Source of the DNA: Candidatus Latescibacterota bacterium
GTDB taxonomy: Bacteria > Latescibacterota > UBA2968 > UBA8231
DNA: 64,000 nucleotides
Reading direction: 5' to 3'
NCBI GenBank assembly: GCA_965204725.1
Contig: OZ242005.1
Coordinates: forward strand, 4,672,001-4,736,000
The notes under the pieces were generated by a model, which was not told the origin of the DNA, did no database searches, and worked only from the letters and a program-made list of their open reading frames with translations. Shown piece by piece: positions 19,386-30,649 of this stretch; the first letter of the stretch is position 1; every line of letters begins with the position of its first letter. Position numbers and translations under genes: made by a program.

Positions 19386-20540
19386 ATGCAAAAACTCCGC
19401 CTGTTCCTCCTCACGCTCTCGCACTTTTGCGTTGATAGCTACGCCACGATGTTGGCCCCGCTCCTACCCCTGCTCAAGGCCAACTTGGGGCTGAGCTTGG
19501 CGCAGGTCGGGTTTTTGGGTTCCATCGTCTCTATATGCAATATCAGCCAGCCGCTCATGGGTTTGTGGGCCGACCGCATGGCTTGGCGCTGGCTGATCGT
19601 CGGTGGTTTGGCATTGGCGACCGTTTTCTCCCCGCTCATGGGGCTGGCGTCCAATTATCTGACCCTCGTCGCCATCCTCGCGTTGGGTGGAATTGGGGTC
19701 GCCGCCTTCCACCCGCAAGTCTTTTCGCTGGCCGGCGAACTCAGCGGTCCGCGCCGCTCCTTCGGCTTGGCGCTCTTTATCTTTGGCGGTACGCTGGGGC
19801 TGGGCCTAACGCCGCTGTGGGCACCCGCGTACACCAACTCCTTCGGGCTGGCCGCCCTGCCGTACCTCTCCGCTCCCGGCCTGTTGTTCCTCCTGCTCGT
19901 CTGGCGTGCGGTGCCGCTCGGCAACCCAAACTTCGCCCACGGCAGAAGTACGGCCCACTGGCGCAGTCTCGGTGCTCAGGCCGGTCCCCTCGTGCTGATC
20001 ACCGCCATCGTCGTTTTGCGCTCGGTATCGGGACTGGGCTTTGGCACGTTTTTGACGCTCATGGCCGAGGAGCGCGGCCTCGGGCTCGTCGCCGGCGGCA
20101 TCCCCTTGGGAATCTACAATATCGCCGGCGTGGTCGGTGCCCTCGCCGTGGGCTACCTAGCCGACCGCGTCGATCCGAAACCGCTGGTGTGGGGGTCGCT
20201 GCTGTGCTCGGTGCCGCCGCTCTACGCCTTCATCTATGCCGAGGGGATGCTGGCCAGCAACGTCCTGCTCTTTTTGGGCGGCGGTCTGTTGATGGCCTCC
20301 AACTCGATTATGGTCGCCTTGGCGCAGGAGTTTTCGCCGGAAAACTCAGGCTTGGTCTCCAGCTTGCCGCTGGGCTTTAGCTGGGGCTTGGCCAGCCTCG
20401 CGCTGCCGCTAATCGGCCATTTTGGCGACCAGATCGGCGTCGCTGAAACCTTGAAGTACCTAGCCTTGCTGCCCATATTGACGGCCGGCTTGGCCTTCTT
20501 CCTGCCCAGCCGCCCAATCCCAAAGGATGCTACGCCATGA
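19386..20540 (+). CDS. MFS transporter (Fsr-like)
   Basis: HFCVDSY, QPLMGLWADR, GVAAFHP. Confidence 0.9.
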   Translation: MQKLRLFLLTLSHFCVDSYATMLAPLLPLLKANLGLSLAQVGFLGSIVSICNISQPLMGLWADRMAWRWLIVGGLALATVFSPLMGLASNYLTLVAILALGGIGVAAFHPQVFSLAGELSGPRRSFGLALFIFGGTLGLGLTPLWAPAYTNSFGLAALPYLSAPGLLFLLLVWRAVPLGNPNFAHGRSTAHWRSLGAQAGPLVLITAIVVLRSVSGLGFGTFLTLMAEERGLGLVAGGIPLGIYNIAGVVGALAVGYLADRVDPKPLVWGSLLCSVPPLYAFIYAEGMLASNVLLFLGGGLLMASNSIMVALAQEFSPENSGLVSSLPLGFSWGLASLALPLIGHFGDQIGVAETLKYLALLPILTAGLAFFLPSRPIPKDATP

Positions 20541-21319
20541 GCTTGCTCATCTTAGACCCCGAGCAGAAGCAGTTCTTCGACGACAACGGCTACCTGCTGC
20601 TCAAAGGCTTCTACGGCCCGGCCGAGATGGAGCCGATGCGCTGCGAATTTCAGCGCTTGATGGTCGATATTGAAAACCGGCCCAAGAACGTCCGGTACTC
20701 CTTCATGGACGCGCCGGAAGGCTACTCGCCCGACCCCTTCAACCCGCACAATGTCGTCGGCATGATGGACCAGACGTTGGCTGGCGACTACTGGTTTGAC
20801 CAGTTTACCGAGCCGCGCATCGTCTCGGTTATGGTCGATCTCTTAGGCCCCGACCTCGATTTCCACAACGGCAAGGTCCGCAACAAACCCCCCGGCTTTG
20901 TCTGCACCCAAAGCTGGCACCAAGACTGGCCCTACGAGCGCCACACCGAGCCAGACTTGGCCGCGGCCATTACGTACCTCGATCCGAGTGGATTTGAGGC
21001 CGGAGCGACCGAAGTCCTGCCCGGCAGCCACCGCAAGGGCGAGTACCCCACTCTAGAAACCAGCCACACCATCCCCGACGAGCACATTCCCCCGGCCGAG
21101 TGCGTGGTCTTGGAGGCCGAGCCGGGCGACGTGGCCATCATTCACGTTCTCGTCGTCCACCGCGCCGGTCACAACTACACCCCACGGGCGCGCCACGCCA
21201 TCATCAACGAGTACAAAACTGCGGCCACCATCGACCAATGGGGCAACTCCTGCGCCTTTGCCGGCTTACCGCTGGCCCGCAATGGTGCGCTCCTGATGCC
21301 GCGCGTTTACCAAGGATAA
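20537..21319 (+). CDS. Phytanoyl-CoA dioxygenase family (PhyH) Fe/2OG oxygenase
   Basis: FFDDNGY, WHQD, PGSH, distal H. Confidence 0.9.
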   Translation: MSLLILDPEQKQFFDDNGYLLLKGFYGPAEMEPMRCEFQRLMVDIENRPKNVRYSFMDAPEGYSPDPFNPHNVVGMMDQTLAGDYWFDQFTEPRIVSVMVDLLGPDLDFHNGKVRNKPPGFVCTQSWHQDWPYERHTEPDLAAAITYLDPSGFEAGATEVLPGSHRKGEYPTLETSHTIPDEHIPPAECVVLEAEPGDVAIIHVLVVHRAGHNYTPRARHAIINEYKTAATIDQWGNSCAFAGLPLARNGALLMPRVYQG

Positions 21320-21348
21320 CCGGGGCCTTGAAGGACGCCCCACCTTGA

Positions 21349-23322
<1,974 letters not shown>

Positions 23323-23344
23323 GGGCCGTTTGAGCAAAAAGCAG

Positions 23345-23374
23345 TTGACACGGTTCTTGGGCGTTAGTCATATT
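23345..23374 (+). promoter_or_regulatory. Sigma70-type promoter
   Basis: Perfect -35 TTGACA at 23345-23350; -10 CATATT at 18-nt spacing. Confidence 0.55.
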
Positions 23375-23379
23375 AAACG

Positions 23380-23682
23380 CAAGACGGGTTCAGGGGCCAT
23401 AAAGCCTCTGTTGCCGCCACGCTGAGGCTCGAGGCTACGCGAGCGAGCCAGCCCGGCTTTGTAACTGGCCGCAACGACGCGCAGAGTTGGAGTATGGATA
23501 TGAGGCGCGCACAAGCGAAAGGAGGTGGTCCATTGAGTAGTAATTGTACCGCAGGGAGGTTGATCACTTGATCAACTCCAGGTGATTAACTACCTGGTCA
23601 GGAGCTATGCGGCCCCGGTCGCGTAACTTCTGAGAGTACAGCCGGGCGCATCCCATCTTAGCGGGTGCGCCCGGTTTTTTGT
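23380..23682 (+). ncRNA. Candidate structured small RNA or small-ORF transcript, family not recognised
   Basis: Lies between a promoter and a strong terminator; several hairpins; AAAGGAGGTGGTCCA precedes a 12-codon TTG ORF (23533-23571). Confidence 0.5.
23641..23682 (+). terminator. Intrinsic terminator
   Basis: CCGGGCGCATCC...GGGTGCGCCCGG 12-bp stem followed by TTTTTTGT. Confidence 0.85.
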
Positions 23683-23751
23683 TCGCGTTGGGCTTGATTG
23701 GTTCCCACGCGGTGTTTTTGCCATATTGTCCGCAAGGAGAGGAGGCCGAGT

Positions 23752-24726
23752 ATGAAGCGCGTCGCTAAGCCCGCAGGGGCCTATAACATCGTGATAGAAG
23801 AGGTCGAGATGCCGGCTATTGCTCCGACCGAGATTTTGATCCGCGCCGAGTGTTCGCTAATCAGCCGCGGCTCGGAGATTTGGCGTCGCTACGTGCGCGA
23901 AGAGGCGATAGACCATCGCGCCATGGGCTACTCGCTGGTCGGTCGAGTCGCAGCGGTTGGCTCGGCGGTCGAAGAGTTCAAAACCGGCGACTGGGTCGCG
24001 GCTCTGGCGCCGCACGCCGAATACGTGGCGGTCGAAGTCGTAGCCAGCCGACACAAGCCGGCGGTCGTGTCCTTGCCGCCGGGCCTGTCGCCCGAGGCGG
24101 GGACCTTCTGGCCGTTGGCAACCAGCTCGGTCCTGTGGATGTGGGAGACCGGGGCCGGTGCGGATCACGTCGTGGTCATCCAAGGGCAGGGCTTGGTCGG
24201 CAGCGGTTGTATGCAGGCGGCCAAAGCGCAGGGCGCGGGGCGCGTCATCGGGATTGATGCGTTGCCCTTGCGCTGCGAGTTGGCGCACGAGTTGGGGGCC
24301 GACGCGGTAATTGACGCCAGTGCCGGCGACCCGGTCGCGCAGGTCTTGGAGCGGACGGACGGAGACGGGGCGGACGTGGTGGTTGAGGCCGTTGGGGGTC
24401 GGGCTGGGGCGCGCGCTTTTGCCGAGGCGCAGGACATGCTCAAGCACGGCGGCCTCTTGCAGGTGCTGGGGCTGTACGAAGAAGAGCCGCTGCCGCTTTA
24501 CTCGGGCAAAATCATGGGCAAGCGCCTCGTAGGTAGCTACCTCGACCCCGGCCTGCGGCCCCAAGGATCGGCCCGGGCGCTAGAACTGTTGGCTACAGAC
24601 CAGATCCAGTTCGCCAAGATGATCACCCACCGCTTCCCCTACACCGAAGCGGCAGCGGCCTTCGACCTGCTCTACAATCGGTTGGGCGAGACGATGGCGG
24701 TATTGCTGATGTGGGAAACTGACTGA
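23752..24726 (+). CDS. MDR superfamily (zinc-binding ADH-like) dehydrogenase
   Basis: GroES-like N-terminus (ISRGSE, MGYS replacing the canonical Zn ligands), GQGLVG Rossmann motif, ITHRFP. Confidence 0.88.
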   Translation: MKRVAKPAGAYNIVIEEVEMPAIAPTEILIRAECSLISRGSEIWRRYVREEAIDHRAMGYSLVGRVAAVGSAVEEFKTGDWVAALAPHAEYVAVEVVASRHKPAVVSLPPGLSPEAGTFWPLATSSVLWMWETGAGADHVVVIQGQGLVGSGCMQAAKAQGAGRVIGIDALPLRCELAHELGADAVIDASAGDPVAQVLERTDGDGADVVVEAVGGRAGARAFAEAQDMLKHGGLLQVLGLYEEEPLPLYSGKIMGKRLVGSYLDPGLRPQGSARALELLATDQIQFAKMITHRFPYTEAAAAFDLLYNRLGETMAVLLMWETD

Positions 24727-24730
24727 GGAG

Positions 24731-25438
24731 ATGACGATGAGTAGGAGCATAGAGAAGCTCTTTCGCGCCCCCTACGGGGTGCCCAATGCGCTGCAAGCCG
24801 TAGAAGAAGGGCTGTGGATTACCGACCAAATTACCGACCGAGTGGCACTGGTCGAAATCGCCGCGCCGTCTGAATACGGCGTCACCCGCCTAATCCGCGA
24901 TATTCCCAGCGAGTCGTCCAACACCAGCGGCATGGCTTGGGGCGGCGGTTCGCTGTGGTTGGCGGCCAACGGGGCGGGTACGCTCTGGCGGCCCGAGCGC
25001 CCCACGGACGCCAAGTCGGGGCAGGGCGAGATATTCGAGGTTGACCCAGATACTGGCGCGACCCGCAATCGCTACCCAGTGCCCGGCGGGGGCGGGGTTC
25101 ACGGAATGGAGTACGATCCGGTTGAAGCGGGCTACGTGTGGATCACCACCCTCAAGAACCAGACGCTGAGCAAAGTCAAGATCGCCGGCTGGTCGGTCGA
25201 GCACGTGCTGGACCTGCCCTACGGGCGGGCGCACGGCGTGGTGCGGGTTGCCGATGGTATCTGGGTCGTGCATACGTCCGACCGCGTGATCGTCAAGCTC
25301 GACGTGGAGAGCGGGGCCGAGTTGGATCGAGTCATGGTCCCCGACAGCGACCCCCAGCCGCATGGTCTGTCGATTTTTGGCGAGGATTTGGTCTATTGCG
25401 ACGCCGCCTCGGGGTGGGTCGCCAAAATCCGGTTGTAA
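24731..25438 (+). CDS. Hypothetical beta-propeller protein (Vgb/glutamine cyclotransferase-like)
   Basis: Repeated blade motifs (SGMAWGGGSLW, HGMEYD, HGVVRVADGIW, PHGLS). Confidence 0.65.
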   Translation: MTMSRSIEKLFRAPYGVPNALQAVEEGLWITDQITDRVALVEIAAPSEYGVTRLIRDIPSESSNTSGMAWGGGSLWLAANGAGTLWRPERPTDAKSGQGEIFEVDPDTGATRNRYPVPGGGGVHGMEYDPVEAGYVWITTLKNQTLSKVKIAGWSVEHVLDLPYGRAHGVVRVADGIWVVHTSDRVIVKLDVESGAELDRVMVPDSDPQPHGLSIFGEDLVYCDAASGWVAKIRL

Positions 25439-25443
25439 AAGGC

Positions 25444-25941
25444 ATGGCTGGAAAGTACTGGCTCGTCAAATGCGAACTCGACGAGTGCTCCTTTGACGAG
25501 TTGAAGAAGCGTCCGCAAAGCACGGGCTACTGGCGGGGGGTCCGCAACTATCAAGCGCGCAATTTCATCCGCGACCGCATGGAGGAGGGAGACTTAGCGT
25601 TTTTCTATCACTCCAAATGCGACGAGCCGGGGATCGCTGGAATCGCGACCATCACGAGAGCCGGCTACCCCGACCCCAGCCAGTTCGACGCCAAGCACCG
25701 CTACTACGACGCAAAATCCACTGAAGACGAGCCGCGCTGGTTTTCCTTCGACGTGCAGTGGAAGTGCAAATTCAAACGGTTTGTCCACCTCGCCGACCTC
25801 AAGGCCAACGACAAGCTGGTCGCCATGCAGGTGGTGCAGCGGGGTCAGCGGCTCTCGATTCAGCCGGTCGCCGAGCGGGAGTGGAAGGAGGTCTGCAAGA
25901 TGGGGGGCGTCCGTGCTGCTGTTCACGAGCTTGGACTTTAA
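25444..25941 (+). CDS. EVE domain protein
   Basis: YWLVK, GVRNYQARNF, FFYHS, YYDAKS, QRLSIQPV; start refined to ATG 25444. Confidence 0.93.
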   Translation: MAGKYWLVKCELDECSFDELKKRPQSTGYWRGVRNYQARNFIRDRMEEGDLAFFYHSKCDEPGIAGIATITRAGYPDPSQFDAKHRYYDAKSTEDEPRWFSFDVQWKCKFKRFVHLADLKANDKLVAMQVVQRGQRLSIQPVAEREWKEVCKMGGVRAAVHELGL

Positions 25942-25958
25942 GAGCCGGAGGAGATCGC

Positions 25959-26972
25959 ATGAAAATTGCCATGTTGCACGGTCCGCGCGACTTGCGGATC
26001 GAAGATCTAACGCTGGACACGGAGCATTTGGCGGACGACCAAATTTGGGTGGAGACGGAGATTACGGGCTTTAAGATCGGCACGGACCGCGGCAACTACG
26101 AAGGCGCCGAACAAGTGCCCGGAGCACCGGATTTTCCGCGCTGGGTGGGCGATAGCAACCTCGGCGTAGTGCGAGGGGTTGGCCGCAAAGTAACCAAGTT
26201 CGCGGCTGGGGATCGGGTGGTGTCGCGGCATCCCCATCAGTCGGCGTACGTGGCGAGCGACCGCGAAAGCATCGTACCCGTACCGGACGGAGTTGCGGCC
26301 GAAGACGCGGTATTCGCCCACTTGTACGCCTTGAGCATGCATTGCTACACCAAGGCCTTTTTCGCGCCCGGCGAGACCGTGGCCGTAGTCGGGTTGGGCG
26401 TCTTGGGGTTAGGGGCGGTGGCGCTAGGCCCGCTTTTTGGCGCGCGCGTAGTGGGGCTGGGCAACAGCCCGGTGCGCTTGGACATGGCGCGTCAGATGGG
26501 GGCTCACGAGGCCCTGTTGTCGGATGATCCCGCGCTCGCGGCCAAGCTCGACGAGTTCACTCACGGGCAAGGGATCGACTTGGTGATCCTGACGGCCAAC
26601 CCGTGGCCGGCGTATCGCACGGCCCTCGAAGTAGTCCGGCCCAACGGGCGGGTGTCTATCGTCAGCTTGCCCGGGCGAGGCGAAGCACCGCTAAATTTTA
26701 ACCCGTTGGACATGCGCTGGTTTTACTTCAAGGGCATTTCGCTCTGCGCCGTCAACGACCGGGCCGGGTCGCTCTTCCCGCCGCCGGATGGCGATCGCTT
26801 TGACAACGACAGCCGTTGCGCCCACGTGCTCTCCCTGATGCAGGATGGCAAGCTCCAGCCGAGCCGCTTGGTCACGCACCGGCTACACTACTCGGACATG
26901 GTCCAAGCCTACGAAATGGCGTACCGCCGCGAGAAAAACATGCTCAACGTGGTATTCAACTGGAAGGACTGA
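25959..26972 (+). CDS. MDR superfamily (zinc-binding ADH-like) dehydrogenase
   Basis: LHGPRDLRIE, GLGVLG, LVTHRL; start refined to ATG 25959. Confidence 0.88.
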   Translation: MKIAMLHGPRDLRIEDLTLDTEHLADDQIWVETEITGFKIGTDRGNYEGAEQVPGAPDFPRWVGDSNLGVVRGVGRKVTKFAAGDRVVSRHPHQSAYVASDRESIVPVPDGVAAEDAVFAHLYALSMHCYTKAFFAPGETVAVVGLGVLGLGAVALGPLFGARVVGLGNSPVRLDMARQMGAHEALLSDDPALAAKLDEFTHGQGIDLVILTANPWPAYRTALEVVRPNGRVSIVSLPGRGEAPLNFNPLDMRWFYFKGISLCAVNDRAGSLFPPPDGDRFDNDSRCAHVLSLMQDGKLQPSRLVTHRLHYSDMVQAYEMAYRREKNMLNVVFNWKD

Positions 26973-26978
26973 AGACTT

Positions 26979-27818
26979 ATGGAACTGCTGCCCACGACCA
27001 ATGCCGACGGGCTGGACGTCGTCCCGATGACCGAGGCCCAGAAGTACCTTTTTGACCTCAAGGGATTTATCCTCTTGCCCGCGCTGTTGAGCGAAGAAGA
27101 GCTGGCGACGATTCGCGCCCATCAGCATAGGTTTCTCTACGAGCGCGAGTCCCTGCCGCCGCACGAGCGCGACAATCACGGCGGCCCGGCGCAAATTTTG
27201 CTCGACCACCCGGCGGTAGTGGGCGTACTCAACGAAGTGCTCTCGCACCAAGCGTTGGCCAGCGAAGACTGCTATGGGTTCCGCTACGACCACACCTATA
27301 CCAGCCATCGCCAAGCTGGACACGACAACTTCGGCCCGCACGGCGGCGGCGGGTACTTCAACTTTCGCGGCAATTCGCACATCTATCAGATGCACCCAGG
27401 CAAAATCCATTCCGGGCTGACGCGGGTGGTGTGGGAGCTCAACGAAGTCGGCGCGGGCGACGGCGGTACGCTTTTTCTGCCGGGCAGCCACAAGGCCGCC
27501 TTCTCCCGGCCCGAAGCGCTGAGCCAGCGCGACAGTGCGCTGTGGGAGAGCTATACCTGCCCGGCCGGTTCAGCCGTGATTTTCACCGAGGCCCTGTGCC
27601 ATTCGGGTACGCGCTGGACCAACCAGCAGCGGGACCGGCTGAGCTTGTTCACCTGCTACGACACCGTCAATGCCAAGTGGGGCAAGGGCTGCCCGGAGGC
27701 CGAAGTGATCGCCTCGTTCCCAGAAAAGCGCCGCACACTCTTCCGGGGCGTGTGGCACGGGATGAGCGACGTGCCTAGCATCAACAAGTACTACGAAACA
27801 GCCAACCAAGCCGTTTGA
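26979..27818 (+). CDS. PhyH-family Fe/2OG oxygenase with non-canonical HGG motif
   Basis: KYLFDLKGF, PHGGG, PGSHK, FTEALCH. Confidence 0.85.
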   Translation: MELLPTTNADGLDVVPMTEAQKYLFDLKGFILLPALLSEEELATIRAHQHRFLYERESLPPHERDNHGGPAQILLDHPAVVGVLNEVLSHQALASEDCYGFRYDHTYTSHRQAGHDNFGPHGGGGYFNFRGNSHIYQMHPGKIHSGLTRVVWELNEVGAGDGGTLFLPGSHKAAFSRPEALSQRDSALWESYTCPAGSAVIFTEALCHSGTRWTNQQRDRLSLFTCYDTVNAKWGKGCPEAEVIASFPEKRRTLFRGVWHGMSDVPSINKYYETANQAV

Positions 27819-27837
27819 CCCGACGAAAGAATTCTGC

Positions 27838-30561
27838 ATGCGCGAAAAAGTTCTCTTCCTGCTCGATGGCATGGCCCTCGTCTATCGGGGGCACTTCGCG
27901 ATGATGCGCAATCCGCGCCTGACCTCAAAGGGCCTAAACACGTCGGCCGTTTTTGTCTTTGCCAACACCGTGCTCTCCATTATCGAAAAGGGCGAGCCGA
28001 CGCATATCGCCGCCGTCTTCGACACCCCGGAGCCTACGCACCGGCACCACAAGTACGAAGAGTACAAAGCCCAGCGCGAGGCGATGCCCGAGGAGCTGAG
28101 CCAAGCGCTGCCATACGTATTCCAACTCTGCGAGGCGTTTAACATACCAGTCCTGCGCGAGCCGGGGTGGGAGGCCGACGACGTGATCGGCACCTTGGTC
28201 AAAAAGGCCGAGGCCGAGGGATTTGCGACCTACATGGTCACGCCCGACAAAGACTACGGCCAGCTCGTTTCCGAGCGGAGCTTTATGTACAAGCCGGGGC
28301 GCGGCGACGAGGCCGAGGTTTTGGGGGTGCCGGAAATCCTCGCACAATGGCAGGTCGAGCGAATTGACCAAGTGATCGACATGCTGGGGCTGATGGGCGA
28401 CTCTTCGGACAATGTGCCCGGCGTCCCTGGGATCGGCCCCAAGACCGCACAAAAGCTCATTGCCCAGTACGGCAGCGTCGAAGAATTGCTGGCGCACTCC
28501 GACCAGCTCAAGGGCAAGCAGAAGCAGAACGTAGAAGATCACCGGGAACAGGCCCTGCTCTCCAAGGAGCTCGTCACCATTGAGTGCGATGTGCCCCTCG
28601 ACGTAGGACTGGCGGATTTGGCCAAGGCCGAGTGGGACCGCCCAAAGCTCGAAGCCCTCTGCACCGAGCTCGAATTCAATACGCTGGGGCGGCGGCTCCT
28701 CGGCGACGAGTTTCGCGTCGAAAAAGATCAGGCCCACGGCCCACTCAAAGGGGTGGCCGATGTGGAGCACGCCTATCAACTCGCCGATGCGCCCGACAAG
28801 CGCCGGGCGTTGGTCGCGGCGCTGTTAGAGCAGCCGGCGTTTTGCTTTGACGTTGAGACCAACGGTCTCGATGTCCGGCAATGCGATTTGATTGGCTTGG
28901 CCTTTTCGTGGGCACCGGGCACGGGGCACTACGTGCCGCTGTCTAGGGAGCGGGCTGAGGGGCTGGCCGTTTTGGAGGAATTTCGCCCGGTCTTTGCAAG
29001 TGCAGCGAGCGAAAAAATCGGCCACAATCTCAAGTACGATCTCGGCGTGCTCCGCTGGCACGGCATGCAGGTGGAAGGGCCTTTCTTCGACACGATGCTA
29101 GCGGCGACCTTGGCTGAGCCCGAGCTAAGGCGCAGCATGGACGAGCTGGCCAAGAGCCTGCTGGCCTACGCGCCCAAGTCCATATCCGATCTGATCGGCG
29201 AGCGCGGCGGCGAGCAGCTAACGCTCTTGCAGGTGCCAGTGGAACAAGTGGCTGAATACGCCTGCGAGGATGCGGACATCACCTTCCAACTCGCCGCGGC
29301 GCTGCGGCCAAAAATCGAGGCCGTGGGGCAACGCCAAGTGTTCTACGAAATCGAAGCCCCGCTCCTGCCGGTGCTGGTCGATATGGAATACGAGGGCATC
29401 CGCATGGAGAGCACGGCTTTGGCCGGACTCTCGCGGCAGTTTGAGGAGGCCATCGAGCGGGCCGGTGAGCGCGTCTTTGAGCTGGCTGGCGAGCGTTTCA
29501 ACCTCAATTCGGGCCACCAGCTCGGGCGCGTGCTCTTTGAGAAGTTGGCACTGGATCCCAATGCGCGGCGGACGCAAAAAACCGGGCAGTACCAGACGGG
29601 CGAACAGGTCTTGCGTCGGCTGGCTCACCGCCACGAGATCGCCCGGCAGGTGCTCAACTACCGATTGCACACCAAGCTCAAGTCAACCTATGTCGATCAG
29701 CTGCCCAGCGCGGTCTATAAGGCCACCGGGCGCGTCCACACCAACTACGAGCAGCTAATGACCGCCACCGGCCGGATGAAGTCCGACCGCCCGAACCTGC
29801 AAAACATCCCCATCCGCAGCGAGCAGGGGCGGGAAATCCGCCGCGCCTTTGTGCCGCGCAGCGGTGACTATCTGCTTTTCTCGGCCGATTATTCGCAGAT
29901 TGAGTTGCGAATCGCGGCCGCGCTTAGCTGCGACGAGGGGATGCTGGACACCTTCAACAGCGGCGGCGATATCCACGTGGCCACCGCCGCAAAGATTTAC
30001 CAAGTCGCAGAAGACCAAGTGACAGCCCAGATGCGCCGCCAAGCCAAGACGGTCAACTTCGGCATCATCTACGGGATCTCGCCCTTTGGCTTGGCCGAGC
30101 GGCTCGACATCACCCGCCGGGAGGCCACCGAGCGAATCGAGCAGTACTTTGCCCAGTACCCCGGGGTGCAGCGCTATGTCGCCGAGACCGTGGAGTTCGC
30201 CCGCGACAAGGGCTACGTCGAGACGGTGACCGGGCGGCGGCGCTATCTGCGCGACATCAACTCGCGCAACGCCACCGTCCGCAAAGGGGCCGAGCGCAAC
30301 GCCATCAATACCCGGATTCAGGGAACGGCCGCGGATATGATCAAGCTCGCCATGAGCCGCATCCACCGGCTACTGCGCGAGGAGGGGTTCCGCTCGGCCC
30401 TGCTGTTGCAAGTCCACGACGAGTTGGTCTTCGACCTACACCGAGACGAGGTAAAGACCCTGCCGCCGCTAGTCGCCCGCGAGATGCGCGAGGCCCTGCC
30501 GATGGAGGTGCCGATAGAAATCGAGATGGGCACAGGCGAAAATTGGCTGGAGGCGCACTAG
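27838..30561 (+). CDS. polA: DNA polymerase I
   Basis: 5'-3' exonuclease (EADDVIG, GDSSDN), 3'-5' exonuclease (FDVET, GHNLKYD), polymerase motifs ADYSQIELR, KTVNFGIIYG, QVHDE. Confidence 0.98.
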   Translation: MREKVLFLLDGMALVYRGHFAMMRNPRLTSKGLNTSAVFVFANTVLSIIEKGEPTHIAAVFDTPEPTHRHHKYEEYKAQREAMPEELSQALPYVFQLCEAFNIPVLREPGWEADDVIGTLVKKAEAEGFATYMVTPDKDYGQLVSERSFMYKPGRGDEAEVLGVPEILAQWQVERIDQVIDMLGLMGDSSDNVPGVPGIGPKTAQKLIAQYGSVEELLAHSDQLKGKQKQNVEDHREQALLSKELVTIECDVPLDVGLADLAKAEWDRPKLEALCTELEFNTLGRRLLGDEFRVEKDQAHGPLKGVADVEHAYQLADAPDKRRALVAALLEQPAFCFDVETNGLDVRQCDLIGLAFSWAPGTGHYVPLSRERAEGLAVLEEFRPVFASAASEKIGHNLKYDLGVLRWHGMQVEGPFFDTMLAATLAEPELRRSMDELAKSLLAYAPKSISDLIGERGGEQLTLLQVPVEQVAEYACEDADITFQLAAALRPKIEAVGQRQVFYEIEAPLLPVLVDMEYEGIRMESTALAGLSRQFEEAIERAGERVFELAGERFNLNSGHQLGRVLFEKLALDPNARRTQKTGQYQTGEQVLRRLAHRHEIARQVLNYRLHTKLKSTYVDQLPSAVYKATGRVHTNYEQLMTATGRMKSDRPNLQNIPIRSEQGREIRRAFVPRSGDYLLFSADYSQIELRIAAALSCDEGMLDTFNSGGDIHVATAAKIYQVAEDQVTAQMRRQAKTVNFGIIYGISPFGLAERLDITRREATERIEQYFAQYPGVQRYVAETVEFARDKGYVETVTGRRRYLRDINSRNATVRKGAERNAINTRIQGTAADMIKLAMSRIHRLLREEGFRSALLLQVHDELVFDLHRDEVKTLPPLVAREMREALPMEVPIEIEMGTGENWLEAH

Positions 30562-30649
30562 AAGTGCTCTGTGTATTCCGAATATCCGATCTCCGCCACA
30601 TCCGCAACTTGAACTCAATCCGGCACAACAGAGAAAGGCATGGGCCATA

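Noticed and set aside
23380-23682. T-box, SAM riboswitch, 6S, SRP or tmRNA identity for the post-metG element
   Set aside because: It lies downstream of metG and I could not find the T-box, SAM-I, SRP (GGAA loop with AGCAG) or tRNA-like terminal motifs; kept as an unknown RNA candidate.
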